64,000 bases of DNA, taken from positions 23,368,950 through 23,432,949 of the forward strand of contig NC_134029.1 of assembly GCF_964204645.1 (NCBI RefSeq). Reading direction: 5' to 3'. This DNA is from Tubulanus polymorphus. Its lineage: Eukaryota > Animalia > Nemertea. Both the position numbers and the translations under genes were made by a program. This document shows positions 11,715-50,300 of this stretch, in pieces (position 1 is the first letter of the stretch; every line of letters starts with the position of its first letter). The notes beneath the pieces were generated by a model that was not told the origin of the DNA, searched no databases, and worked only from the letters and a program-made list of their open reading frames with translations.

Positions 11715-14700
11715 AGTTAGTTAACTAAACGGCTGCCCTCGCAAAATCCGGAAGATTAATTGACAGGTCTTCGGATTGATATAAGAGCGGTTGTGATAAT
11801 GACATCAAGACTTCGAAGACTTCGTGTCAAACACAGTACTGAAATAAACCGTAGTTTAACGCATTCTTGACCAGTGAGGCGCGAGTGAGTCTGGAGCTAT
11901 TGCTTGGGTGAGATATTGCGAAACAGTTCAATTCAGGTTCTAGTGAATATATGTCATAAAAATAGAAAAATAGAAAAAAAGATGATATACATGATATCAT
12001 TTACAATACAGACTCATTGAACGGATTTCGATAGGTCGACATTATACACACAATTTCCGTGTAAAATCCAACAAGTTTCTATCATCAGGCAATCAGTTAT
12101 GTCATTAGCAGAAGCGTTGTAGTTACTGAAAATAGACTGAACATTCCGTTTTATTAAACGTTGGATTTTTTGGTTACGAATGCGTGCGTCATCACACATT
12201 AGATAAAGCACCCCGACTTCATCATCCATCCTCGCACCTCCCGTGTTCTACCAAGGACGTTTGAAGTTTACGGATCTAACATTGACTTCGTTTTAGAATC
12301 CATGGTTCTACGAACGTTCTTTAAAGATGCCAGTGTTGATAAATTGTTGCTAGGCGTTGTTTTGACGACACTATTACCTTCTATCATCTAACTATCTTAC
12401 ATAATATTACATGGATTGCCAATGCGGTTATTTGCTAGCCATAACCGGAAGTTAATTAATCTTTCTCATCGCAAGCTAATAATCATTGTGAATGATAATT
12501 AAAAATCATAGTGAAAAATGATTAACTAGTAGACTCGCTTTCCATGAGAGTGTGCGGGTGGTAACACAATAACCGTGATCAAAATTCAACCGAATGTATA
12601 TGTGATAAGATTATTGTCCAATAGATATTCGGTTTTGCAAATTCTCCGTTCTCATTGGATCCAGTAAATGTCAGAAGACGTCTAGCGTACGAATGGACGA
12701 CGTCGTATAGAAACGAGGCGCGGGAAAATGAGACATGAGATCACACCGTCAACACAGCTTGACCTATAACTAATTACCGATTTGATCAGATAAGTACAAC
12801 AACGATAGCATTACTACAAACTTATATAGTTTCGATAGCTAATCGAGAGGTAACGATGATGGTAATCAAGTTCTTCTTCTAAATAGTCTTGTTCCGACGG
12901 TTGTCGACGAATATTGCAAAACGACCTATGCAGACCCAGCAAAGCCCGAAGGCCGAAACCCACAAAATGAATTATAAATGAAATACAAGAAATGCGGGGA
13001 TAGCACATACTGGGTCTCCTGGGGAAGAGTAATCATTGTATTCAAATTTCTAGCCATCGAAGGCACCTGCCACATAAAGACAACTTGGCGTGATTGTGAC
13101 TGTGCCAATAGTGATTGTTGAATTCCCCTCACGTTCAACAACGGCCTTCTACATGATGGACAAGATGTAACTTGTGATGCTAATGTTTTATTAATCATAA
13201 GCAACACCTCTATCTGGGTTCCACGTTAGATATATCTTTTTATCCTTGGTCAAGCGAGTGATCTAGACGTAGATACAGTAATATTACAGCGATTCTTACC
13301 AATTGCACGGACACTATTTGGCGGAAATTGCATCGCTAGCAGAGGCAATCAGTTAAGTCGTAAATAATTATCTCAAAACGCATGATTGTGACAGTTCTTT
13401 TGATGAACGACGGATATACGTCTTTACCAAATTACGACGTACATTTCATCTCATTTGTAATCATCCTAGTCTAAATATATGTTTTGGGAAATGTCACTTT
13501 GACGTTAGTCTATTTGAATATAAAACTTCTTCTTTTCAACAAGGGATTCCAGTTAAGAATTTTCCCCCATTTGAATACGGAACCAATGGCGTCTATTTGG
13601 TTTCGATTAAAAGAAAAACGCTTTGAAGTTTACATTAACGCATGACATTTGGATTTCGTAAAATCGTCCATTTTTTATTTGATAATCAGCAAGCCATAAG
13701 ATACGCTGCCGAGTCATAACAACTTACGATATTGGCAATACCGTCTTGTTAGGAAACGGTTGTTTTTCGACGGATTGAAAGTAGCAAATTAGATTTTCCG
13801 CTGATGACCCTGAACGGATTCGACGACGCAAACATCACGTAGATATCACGTGATTCAAACCGTAGAGGTATAAAGTCCATAACCTCTTTGAGGTAAAGAT
13901 GGCACATTTATTTTTCGAAGCCTCAGAAACACCTGCGCGCTGGAGATGATGGATATTCATGAATTGTGCTCGTTTATTACAAGACGACGGCGTTGGGAAT
14001 CCGGTGCTATTTCGCTAAGTTAGCGCCGTTAATGGTCTTACACGATGTAGTCGACCACGGGACCAACATTTCTGCATACAAAGTTTACAGAATCGTCCTC
14101 GAGGTATGATAAAACGGCGCGCAGACTTCCTTGTATGTTGACAAAATAGAAATCCAAATAACCCTTGAATATCCTTTGGGCTTCGCTGTCTTTCTCTCTG
14201 TCTTACTTCGGCGGCATAAAATGAAGTGGATGGTCAACACGCTATCATTAACACTTAGTAGTAACACATACTTAGTATCTCGATCACGATTCACAGTATA
14301 TCGTACGTTCCAGATGAGTATCGACTTGTGACGCGCCGAGAACTCCGACAGAAATGACGATGAGAAATACGATATAAATGTACGTATTTATTTGAACAAT
14401 CAAATAGATTGTTTCTCAACTCTCTAACGTCAATTCAATATCGTTTTTATGATTTATTAAATGAGATTTATTATATGAGATTTAGCGATCCAAAGTCGAT
14501 AAACAATTTGATTAAGTACCGTCCTCGAATTCTACGAAGGCTTTTGACTCGGCTAAAAGCTCCCAGGAGGAATCAACCGACTAAAAGATTTAAATAAAGA
14601 CATCGCGTGGTTAGTGAGTTCAGTAACGCAAGGCCATGGCTACCAAAGTTTTAAGACAACAAATGTAAGAGGTTAATTTGATTTGATCTTTTCTTTCTGT

Positions 14701-16219
14701 AAATCAAGCTATCAAAGGTTTCCCATCAACCTTTAATGTTGTTTTTAAGGTAAACCATTTTTCTACCCGTGAGATGAAAGATGATATTCAAACATCCCGA
14801 AGGTGAACTATTAATTCTTAACAAGCCAAACTTCCATTTACTTAGTTTTAGCAACTGGGAAATCAATAGCTGGTTCCAAGACTCAGTTTCAGCTTAATTT
14901 ATTGCTCCACAAGTAATTACGTTGTACCATAGACTCAACAACCTTTCGGTAGCCATATTTAACTTCCATTATTGCACAGAGCACCAGAATTTAACAGAAA
15001 GATTACAGTAGAGCGGAACGGTAATACCAAAGTTCAATTTTTGATAGAATAAACAATTGGTTAATTAAAACAGTCGATAGAAACAACAATTGTTTTGATA
15101 ATATTTATATATAAATGTAGTCAAAGCGTGTAATGGGATACCCTTTTTTAATGAACAGCCAGATTAAGCAATGACCTTTCGAACAGAACAGATTTTTTGT
15201 CGACTATTATCATCGGTATGTCGCAACGCAACATGTAATGTACTTCTCGGGCTTTGAAAAAAAGGAAATGCTACATCTCCAGTCGCTGCCATATTATATT
15301 TCTAACAGATTCTACGGTTTCGCTCAATACGGCGATATCTCCAATGAGCAACTTATGATTCGCGCATCTCGACGAGTGTCATTTATTGACGGTAGAATAT
15401 TATGGACTACGCCGTAAATCGTCTGCCCGTGATCTGTGTGAAACGTCGTGCTAATCCTATAAAAGTTTCATTTGAATCCTAATTGCAGTGATTACGGAGT
15501 AACCACTGAAAAGAACATAATCAAATTGTATGCCAAACGTGTGTAGCACATTATATATAACAGTGAATTTACCCGCATTCATAAATCAATTCTAATGGAT
15601 CCGAATTATCTTGGTATCTATCTCCACATTGCTATTAATCCCTAATTTTACGATCAAAAGAAAGGTGATTGGCTTCTCACTAGGGAATCAGTGTCACCTC
15701 CGCGCGTTGCATGTACACGCGGTGATCTAAATGAATATAGATTCAGTACTTGAATTCGATATCGAGTATGCATACCCACCCCTCATCAACAGAGCCAATA
15801 CATCCAACTTGGATAATAATATCCATGAGCTGCAGAAAAATATAAGTGGGTGAAGGTCTTTGAATTGGAGAGATTTAATCACGAAGGTTAAGAAGAGGCG
15901 GATCCAGTTTACCGCAACTACCGCTTGAGCGGTACTGACGATTGTCGAAGTGCCCTTCTATTTTTCAAATTCTGGTAGAAGTTATCGAATAATCGAGAAT
16001 GGGTAAACTTCTTATTCCTTATGTGAATGATTTTTCTTTAACAGGTCAAGATGTCATATTTTGTGGATGCAGAGAACGATTTGATGCCAAGAACTGACTC
16101 GGATTGCATCTCAGAGCCCTAAAAATCCAAAGGTTTTTACGATGTAGGAGACGATCCACAGCTGAGCAGTACGCTCAATCCGCTCCTGTAAATCACGCTA
16201 ATTTGCAAAAGAGGCTGCG

Positions 16220-16420
16220 TCAGTTATTAGCCTATTGTCACTGGTTTCGCTAACGGCAGATCAAAAAAATTAGATCGTCCATTTCCAAGAATCGGTCGTA
16301 TATTACATTTAAAACGACGTAGCGCTCCTAAAGATACAACTCGTTTGAATAGCTGCCATCCCTCCTCCGCAGACTTCCGCAGACTTCCGCAGACTTGAAA
16401 GTATTCCCTTCCATGATCAG
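16220..16420 (+). promoter_or_regulatory. Candidate Inr and non-coding first exon of the GPCR gene
   Basis: TCAGTT (Inr-like) at 16220, strong donor CAG|GTGAGT at 16420, candidate acceptor ttttacag at 17798. Inference only. Confidence 0.3.
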
Positions 16421-16943
16421 GTGAGTATATCTCGATTTTTTCTCCGATTCCAGTGAAGCATAGAGCAACCAACCGCTTTAAATTCTAGGTGGACATTTAC
16501 GTCATAATTTCTATCATTTTTTTGGTTCATTTGTTAATAAGAAAGAACTCATTATTAGCGTCTCGTTTCGCTTTCCTTTTCCAGCGATATACATCACATT
16601 CCGCATTCGGTTCGTCGTTCGATGGACAAACAAAAACGATACACATGCATTATCTACAACAAAGCGCAACGAAATATGTAAAATTGCATACATGTTTAAT
16701 CAGCCCGTTTCGAATCACGTTTACTTTATAGCTCCGTCGAAGTATCGTCAGAATTTCACGCGACAACATTAGCAATTAATCTAATCATTGACTGAATATA
16801 AATGCACAACGTTCACCTTGGCATCTTAATCATCACGAGAATGTCATAGAAATTGTTACACACATCGTGAGCTTGTAAACGGCCAAAAATGTCATCGTAA
16901 ACAGTCATACTCATGCTACTTCATGTCGCATTTCATTCTAGTC

Positions 16944-17367
<424 letters not shown>

Positions 17368-18081
17368 TGTTGGTTAAATGCATTATTATATGTCAGTATT
17401 GTATATAGATTAAAGTTGAAATCCAAGCAGTTAAAAAAATTCTGTTGATAAACTTATTCGTTGTATATACTTTTCGCGTGAGGAAATTTATTCAATTTCG
17501 TCTAAATAAGAATTGATTCGACTGGTGCACTTAACGCCGCTATCTGATTAAACTAGGAGACGTATGATGACACCTGAACACTCGAAGATAAGGCATTCTC
17601 CGGGGAATAGGCTTCTTCGCTTGTTAGCCACGGGATGCATGCTAAAAAGTCAACACACGATCTTTACCAAATATTATCGGATTCGATTCGACGACCTTTT
17701 TCTTTTTATATATATAATTCAATGGAAATAATGCAAATATCTTTTTTATCGATGTATTTTTATTTTCTGATTTGAAAATTGAGAGTCGGCTTTTACAGAA
17801 AAAAGCATTCAAACTTGAAACACTTCTTAAGATATCTCGTTAGTTTACGAGCGACTTCGACGGAGGGGATGAAGTGTATTTGTATATAATTACCGCAGTT
17901 ATTTGAAACATACCCCGTTAACCTGTAATTCTACACCACGGCTAACGATGTGCACAAAATTACGTGCTGATGTATTTATGTTGTTGAGGTTGTTGAGAGT
18001 TCTATGAATGACGCGCCAGTGACGACATTGTCGCCAGTCGCTTGTCTCGCCATCAGTTAGTACAGCACCAGCAACGAACCG

Positions 18082-33917
<15,836 letters not shown>

Positions 33918-34943
33918 GTATTGTTTATAATGTTTAAAGTTTAATCACTGTATGATACATGTTTATATTTAAGAAAAAAACTGAACTCGTATGAATAAAT
34001 AGCAAGTAATTCGATAGCTGTTAAGAGTAATTTCCCATCTAGACCTGGTGATCTCATGTACCTCAAGGCTCAGGGTATCATTTTGTGGATGGTGTCAATC
34101 TTGTGTTTACATAATCCATCGTACGTATATCATCGATCACCATCATTGAGGATTATTCCTCCGCGCATAGCACAGTCTCGACACGTCGGCGGAAATTCCG
34201 GTACGTTCAGAATGCGTTCGAGATAATTCGTCCATTCTGGCGAGATGTATAGACGTTTTGTGGAAATTCCAAACGTGACATTTCAAATCGACTGAACGAA
34301 ACCTATTATAGAGCAAACGCCCATTTGATATATAAAACGCTATATATTCCTATAATATACGAGTCTGAAATAACGTCCACGAATCATATTTTAAGTACCT
34401 CAAGAATACTTTATGATATGAATATTATATGATATTTATTATATCTATTGTAGATTGTCATGTCACATTTTCGTTGATTATACATGTGTATAAGACGGCG
34501 AATACATCGATATATCGAGTTCATTATCTGTGATAAACAATTTGATTCTTTAAATTGAAAGACTTAATTTTGCTGCATGGATATATAGGCAGTTTGTTAT
34601 TTCATGAAATATCTGAGTCTGGATTTAGAACAGTCGTAACAACACCTACTTTAAAAGATCGATTCCTGTTGTTGTGTTATTGATATACTGTTTATGTATA
34701 TATTTATGTTTATGGATGGACCAATCATTTGGACGTTTCATTTGGAAAATAATTCTGTCTTCATCTGTGATTATAAAATCTAATTTGCCTGCTGCTATGA
34801 ACGTTTCGTTCATGAAAGGTAAATTCTTCTTTACTAAGGTTAAACTTAGCTAGCTTATCGTCAGCAGGGACACACATACAAACAAGGTAGTCTTATTACT
34901 AGTCCATTTTGGAACATTGACAGCTTAGAAATAGAGAATGTGT

Positions 34944-35197
34944 CGATCACACGAACATTTTTGGCCCGGGCCAAATTTGTCCCAGGACCAGGCCAGTTTT
35001 AGCACGGGGCAAATTATTGCGTTCGAATTGCAACTGGTTCCGAAAATGACTTACTTCGTTTTTGACTTATCTTTGTTTAGTATTGAGTGAGTAGTTAGCG
35101 CGTGAACGCGCTCTCTGATTAGCACGGGCCAAATATGACTAGGGCCTGATCCGTGCCCATTTGGCTCGGGACAAATCGTCTTCGTATGATCGCGGCT
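34944..35197 (+). mobile_element. MITE family B copy downstream of the GPCR
   Basis: Shares gggcctgatccgtgcc, aaatcgtc and tgatcgcggct with 31892-32173. Confidence 0.7.
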
Positions 35198-37397
35198 CAA
35201 GATTCTCTGAACGTGTGGCTCTGGAAATTAAAATGATAGACCTAATTTGAAAATGTCAGATTTGGCAATGTGAGGGCTGCAAGGACGAAAATTAGTGTGG
35301 CTTTCTGGTGTCCCTCCCACAAAACATTAGGAAAAAATTCCACCCCCTAAATCCGCCCTTGGTATTTCGGCGTCGATCGAACGATTTGAGGATCAGAAAT
35401 GAGTGTCAGTTCAGATTTATCATGATGTGCAAATAGTTAATAGTCGAGTTATTATAGATCGATGATTTATCAGTATTCGGCGTGTCAGGAATTAACTGAT
35501 GATACATCGACATAAAAATACCGTGAATAACAGTGTGTCAAAAGAATCATTATACTGTACAGTTAAATGAAGGTCACGTCGATTTTGCAGTTTTGATACA
35601 TTGTATTTATTCGTGTATTTGAGAATATTCGGTCTTGCATTTTAAACGATTGATCGATTTCATGGTAAAATTGTTGATGATACTGAAAGTTTATTGTGTG
35701 GAAATTTCATCCTTCACTGAGTGAATACTGTGGCTCGCTTTTTCGCGTACAAAGTATTATTTTCTGGTGAAATAGAAGTAGCGATGCCTGTGATAAGAAA
35801 CCGGTTTGTATTTGCGATGAAAATCGCCAGGTTTGGTCGGGTAGAACACTTGACTAATTTATGATTACGTAATATAATGTTTTCATTTACTGCGTGTAAA
35901 ACTTTTAAAGAAATTCAAAAAAATGATTGATGTTGTCCCGGTATATTTTCTGACTTACAGTGTGTCCGATCGATATTATTGATTGGACAAACTGTATTAA
36001 ATGAACATTGTTCGATAACATCTGATTTATCAAAATGATCGGTTACCTGTTATCTTATTATTCTATGGCCTCCAGCTTCATAATCTTGAAAAATAGATAT
36101 CCTCCTCGTGGTAGCAATCATCAATGAATTGTAGCGTTGCTAAGTTACCCAATGAACGAGGATAAAAATGAAAATGAAATTTCCCAGTTCATGTTGTTTC
36201 TGATTAAAGATTAATATTTTGAAAATAATCTTCGTTTTCAATTGGATTTTTCGTCGAGGAGTTCTGGATTTCAAGGAAACACAATGTGACGCAATAAGTC
36301 GAGAGGGCCGAGTGGGAGAGGGTATATATAATAAGATAAAAACCCCCACTATGTACAGATTAAAAGTTTCTTTTAAAATCGAGAATTTACTAAATCAAAA
36401 GAAAACAAAAATCTTTAATTTAAATCAAATCAAAAATTAAAAGAACACGACTTTTTACGGAGTTGGTATAATCAAATATCGTTCAATTCAATTCATCTTT
36501 ATTGCACCGTAATATGTTGTTAACATAATAGACTTTTTACAATAAGGAAGAGAAAGAAATCAAGAAAAAAGACGAAACAAGAGGAAACAGAATATAGAAA
36601 AAAGAAGAGAAAAATAGAAGAAAGAAACGTATTTAAAGTATCTCTAAAGCCATCTTATAGTGATAGATGGATAGGAATTAACACCAGTTCCCAGACACGT
36701 TCCCAGAAGTCGCCTTCGCTCTTTTATGTCATCTGAAATTGAGAGCTTTACCTTGCGGGAAAACGTGATCAATTTCATCACCGAACGCCAGACCAGAAAA
36801 AAATAACTCGCCGTGATTATTCTATTTCCGCAGTGCTAAAAACGAAATTAATTCATGCCTGGAGTTGTATTCGTTGTGACAGGTAGTGCACACTTGTGAT
36901 GGCAGCTGGCTTCGATTCTCTGTGATCTGTGCGTACACAAAAGCTTAGAATATTATCCACATCTATTTCAGTCATTAGCATAGGCTGACGGCTGACGCAG
37001 GCCTACATGATCAGCAGCTATAGTGACAAATTCCACCGTCGGCCATTCTGTACATCCATATTCACGAATACTAAATCCATATTTTTAAGTAATAAGTGAC
37101 TGATTCATAGAAAAAGATGACTCTAAAATTCTATTCAACAGTTAATCATTAATCAATAAGTGCTTCTCTGACTACAGGTACCGACAAGCCTTTAAGCTTT
37201 ATGTATTATTTATTTTCAAAATTTTATCTTTCTAGGACTCGTTATACGGCCGAGGTATCAGAGAAAACACAAAAATTACAAATTAGAGTAACGCAAAAAA
37301 CATGCATAGACTTGCATTAATTAACAAACAGAAGTAACCAAAACTGACTGCGATGAAGCGAGTGATCCTCAGTTACAGAATTAATTTGCATAACGAC

Positions 37398-37760
37398 AAT
37401 TCAATTCAATTCATTTCATGCTTTATTGATCCTTGTCGAAACATTACAATACATCAGATATACAACAATAAAGTGAACACATTACAATCACAGTTACAAA
37501 CAAGAGATACAAATCTATATATTAAAAAAAATACGATTAACAAATAATCAATAGGAATAACAGTTTTAAGATTTAACAATTTTAACGACCAGTTCGCCAT
37601 CTATCTTGATATGATGTCAACAATTTGTGTGTGTAACTTTCATTAAGTGCTTTGCAGAGCGAAGTCCCATTATCATTCTGAACAATTGAATTCTGCCCAT
37701 TTGTAAAAATCATTGAACTATAAACGTATAATTCTATGCAAAAAATACTTCCTTTTCTAT
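37398..37760 (-). mobile_element. Probable 3' end remnant of a non-LTR retrotransposon (AATAAA plus (TTGAA)n tail); similar end near 36482-36503
   Basis: The minus strand ends aataaagcatgaaatgaattgaattgaatt, a typical LINE tail. No ORF recognised. Confidence 0.3.
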
Positions 37761-37939
37761 TAGTTTAATTCTAAACTAGTTTGGAAATCAATGTCGGATT
37801 CGAACCTAGAATATTCAACAACTTCCCTACGCGATTCAAGATGAACCAAAATATGTGTGGGTGATTGCGTAATGATTTGTCGTTACTAATTCTTAGATAT
37901 TATATCTGACGATCTTGTCCATAGATCTGGGTATCCAAA

Positions 37940-45528
<7,589 letters not shown>

Positions 45529-46795
45529 TGTATGCACATTTTTGTAGTGACGTTTCATATAGTGGTTTTAGCACTTTTTTGCTCAGGGAAATCTTTAATC
45601 CATTATCAAAGAATGATAATAAATGCACAGTTTTTACTTTCAAACCTTTAAAACTTTTATTTGATTACAAACAAGTGGAAACATTTATTAATCATATTCG
45701 TGTCTGAAATTTTAAACATGACATCAATTCGAAAAACTTAGAGAGACTTCGGATTTCGCCGAAAGTAACGACGGAAATATTTCGACCTTTTTTTGTGATA
45801 TAGACAGAGAAGACGCCGTTTATGAACTCGTTAAAAAGCGCAGATTTACAGTAATTTTCTGGGCTGAAATCAACTTTCCATCATCACTCACACGAGATAA
45901 AAAAAAAATCCAACGGTTAGGAATGGAATGTAGTCGTTCTGTCTTTTGTCTGGCTTTCGTAAAATAGAGCGATATTGAACTGGTTAAGAGTGTAATGGTT
46001 TTATAAGTGGTTTGATTAGACGGTTGAAACGGATAGTTAGCTCGTATATCGAGACGGTTAAACCACTTGTTTAATCGTTGTAATATACCGACTAGTACTA
46101 ATGCTTGTTTCAGTCTTGTCTGTAGCGACCGGCGCCGTCGTTCAGTCGATACGGCCGGCTAATCTGCTCACATCTCGATGCTCTTGTCTTGACCTCTCGA
46201 TTATTGCATGAACCGAGTTAAACATTCGCTATACTTGCCCCATATTCCGTTAAACCGCCGGACGAGTCCTTATAGATGACGTCATTGGGTCGATGGTTTC
46301 CAGTTCGGAATCGATCGACCCGAAACGGCGAGTGCTCTAGAAATGTGTCAACGTGTCATTTCAAAGTTTTTGCTATTATTTTTGGTGCAAAGCACGCACG
46401 TGAAGTCGTCGTTTAAAAGAATGTACGATGAACGGTAACCCAATGTTTGAACTCTAATTCTTCTCATCAGGATGTGTTCACCATTTCCGACCGGTAATGA
46501 TCGAATTATAATTAGCCATTAACCCTCGAATAAATAGCAGCCAACAGTTAGCAGACTGCCTTCATATTCAATATCATACATATATATATATAGATATACG
46601 AAGACATATGTCGTGGCGAGTTTTGAAAATTGAAATAATTCCTTCATCTTTTACCGTAAATCACGATAATCACCACGTTGATGGGTCATCTTTGGGGAGT
46701 CGTTTTGCAATCGGGTCAAACATCGCAGATCCATTTCTATCGCTATTGCGATTAGGAGTGTGATATTTAGTATGTTGCGCGTCAGTAAGCGTAAA

Positions 46796-47308
46796 AGATT
46801 GGTAGGGAGGAAGAAAGAAGGAGATTGGAGTGAGAGAGAGGGAGGAGTAGAGATTGGAGTGAGAGAGAGGGTGGAGTAGAGATTGGAGGGAGGGAGAGTT
46901 GAGGGAAAGAGAAATGAGTAGAGAGATTGGAGAGAGAGGGAGAGGGAGAGAGATTGGAGGGAGAGTGTGAGAGGGAGAGTGTGAGAGGGAGAGTGGGAGA
47001 GGAAGAGAGAGATTGGAGGGAGAGAGAGTTGAGGGAGAGAGATTGGAGGGAGAGTGTGAGAGGGAGAGTGTGAGAGGGAGAGTGGGAGAGGAAGAGAGAG
47101 ATTGGAGGGAGAGAGAGTTGAGGGAGAGAGATTGGAGGGAGAGTGTGAGAGGAAGAGAGAGATTGGAGGGAGAGAGAGTTGAGGGAGAGAGATAAGAGAG
47201 GGAGAGGGAGAGAGATTGGAGGGAGAGAGATAAGAGGGGGAGAGGGAGAGAGATGGGAGGGAGAGTGGGAAAGGGATAGAGATTGAATGGAGAGGGGGAG
47301 AGGGAGGG
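46796..47308. repeat. Polypurine minisatellite built of gagagattggagggaga(gtgt/gagtt)ga units
   Basis: About 500 bp, almost purely G/A on +, with recurring agagattggaggg. Confidence 0.9.
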
Positions 47309-50300
47309 TTATATCGCTTAATTCCCCACAGTTGGCAATAGACATTAGTTGTCATTACATGAGATCAAGTTGTCATCAGGAATTCAGATTGAAATCGACT
47401 TTTCAAATCGACCGTCAACTGACTTCATGAGCGTAAACCTGACAGCTTGGATCCCTCGGGCAGACACTAGACAGATTCGATATGACTGAAAAATACACAC
47501 ATGTGACACGAAAAGCCAGTTTTTCCCAGTACTAGGACCCAGTAGATAAAACTTATAGTCTGATTAGAATTTCAGATGTCGTCGCCGCTTTAATGACCAA
47601 GTCTTCCGCGCCACTGACCCGATTAAATTCGAACTTATTCTCCGGCCGGTTCATTCGTCGTATGCATTGGAAAATCTCACAAAGTCGTCTGTCCGTCGAA
47701 ACGGTCTAGTGTAAGTATATAAACTGTTGAGTGGTGTGTATATCCGTGTATATATACAAGATAGTAATATAAACACAATACCGATGACCTGTAATTCGGG
47801 GACACGGGACATTATGTTAGAAATTGGCGCTAATAAACTATACAAATATATTATGAATTCTTATTTTAGGATTACCCGTAAGTGACGTGTGCAGGCAATA
47901 TTTGATAAGGTTCCAGATTCGGTGCTAAGTTATGACACCGATTTGTGTTCGAACGAACAGTGAATTTCATCGAATGAATTCAGGCATTTTCCAAGCATTC
48001 CCAAAGCCACGGTCTAGAATTGGTCGAAATGCCGTCATCTCGTTCGACCTTCGATACCGCGAGTGTTTTAGGGAGAAATGTCACATACATCTCTGCTGTG
48101 TCTGTCTGAACGAAGTGATGATGGATTACTGAATGCATTTCGTAAGCGCCATAACAATAACAAAACCTTTCATCACAGATCATGTTTTTGTTTTTGAAAA
48201 TATCAATGTTACGATATGATTCGTAGATAACTTGATATAAGGTTACAAGGTATTTGTCTGGTGCGATGCTGCGCGGCCGTCGTGATGTTTATGTCCGCAA
48301 GGCTTAGTCTTATGAGATCGGAAATTATCTTTTGTTGACAAAACCTCAAATTCCTCTCCTCAATTATGAGACGCGACAAAGAGAAAAAAAGATTTCAGTA
48401 ATTTCTTGTAATGAAATGCAAATTTATTTTATTGCATTGAAGATAACCCAATCGTCAGCAGTACGTACATCGCAAAATTATAAAAGTTCGTTTCATCTCC
48501 GCGCGTTTTATCATCACATAATATAAAAGTACTATTTACAATATTCGCGGCACATACTCAACATTTTCAGACGTCGTCATATTCGACGACGGCTTCATCA
48601 CGTATTCGATGACGTCACGAGTTTCGTGGTACCCCCACAACTTGCCAGGGCCGTCAATAAATCGACGACCTTGACAATAAACGACGTGTCATCAAGGTCA
48701 TGACTTGTGCTTTTTCAAGACTTGGAAAAATAAAACTACACAAAGTGAGGGTCTGTTTAAACCTATTATAAGACTTCAGACGAAGAGGCAAATTGATAAA
48801 CTATTGATTTAAAGATGGCATACGTCAGTCTTAATCACTCGGAACCGAATCACATTTGATATGTTACTTTAATACAGCAATATCTGATTGAAGTACCTCA
48901 ATTTCCTACGTTGATGACTGAATTTCAAGACAAAACGAAGCATTTGTTTGGTAGTAATCATTATACGCTATAACTTTCAGCGATCAGAACAAAATACATT
49001 CTCCGCAGAAGATATTACACGAGGTTTTATTACATGGAACCTGCACTGTTACAACTTGTATTACTGAGTCTGCGAAAACATCAAGGCCATCTTAACTGAC
49101 TGCTCTTTACTGTCTGATAAACCAGTCTATCCAACGTTTACATGTGAAGTATTGGCTTGGCGGCTTATAATCTATCTTAACTCGCCAGGAAAAGAAACAT
49201 TATTCTCCATTTACTTCAAGGAAGCACTAATACATCGTTACAACGTTTTACCGGCTCGAAAAAAAATACCAATGATGAAAGAAAACGAAATTCATTTGCT
49301 TATCATTTTTGAAAAAAAAAGATTATCAAAAGTTGCGAGTAATTTTTTTGCTAGTGAGCAATAGAACTTCGTTTGAACGGAAGACGAAAAGAAATTGATA
49401 TTCGCTATAGGGGAATATATACTTACAGAAATCCCGGCGAGTGTTGGAAGACTTCGTTCTCAAATATTCAAAACTAAACATCGAATATCGAACTACGTTT
49501 TTCTTTAAAGGCTAAAATAACTACCTGGTTGTATTTCGAATGTGCGGTCACATGACTCGAGTTGGAATATTGACCATTTTACTTAAAGATATGTTAAGTT
49601 GCAAATCGAAAGATTTCGGCTACGAACAGATCCTCGTTAAGGCTTGATATTTTTACCAGAAAACAGTAATACATATAAACCGCGATAAGCCGAAGTCTTT
49701 CGATATTCCGAGGTAGGTGTATCAAATAAAAAAAAAACCCCTCATGCCAGCTGCCTTCCTTGTTAAGAAGCCCAGAACATACATCATAAGTTGGGCTCGA
49801 TCAAACAGAACAGACTTAGAGAAGCATTTAGCACTGAATGAATACGTCACTTCATTACAGTGACGACGACATAGTTACCTTAATCTACGAATCAATAAAA
49901 AGCGGCTACGATTATTCATATCACAATACGTACTTAAATACTCGGACAACATTGTGACCATCACGTGTTTATAGAATACTAACACATATTCGCCTTTTGC
50001 ACATTTAATTTTTTTCAGATTTTGGCCCGTCGACCCAGCCATCCCGTTAACCACAAGAGAACCAGAATTAAAAACAAATCTTTCTTTTAACGAAACGCGA
50101 TACCTCGAAAATGATGATATTTTTTTCGTAGTTGGTCGTTATTTGAACCTTTAGAAACATACATCTATACCGCTGATGTAATTACATCTCACTGCATAGA
50201 GAAAAACGACCGGAATACAAAATACATATTACATTGAACTGGCCTCGTTTGGCTTTTAATGAGTATATTTTTATGATTACCTATTATTAATTAAGACTAA

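Noticed and set aside
46651-47355. Long Ser/Leu/Pro ORFs on - (also 61583-62023)
   Set aside because: Products of GA-rich low-complexity tracts with no domain signal.
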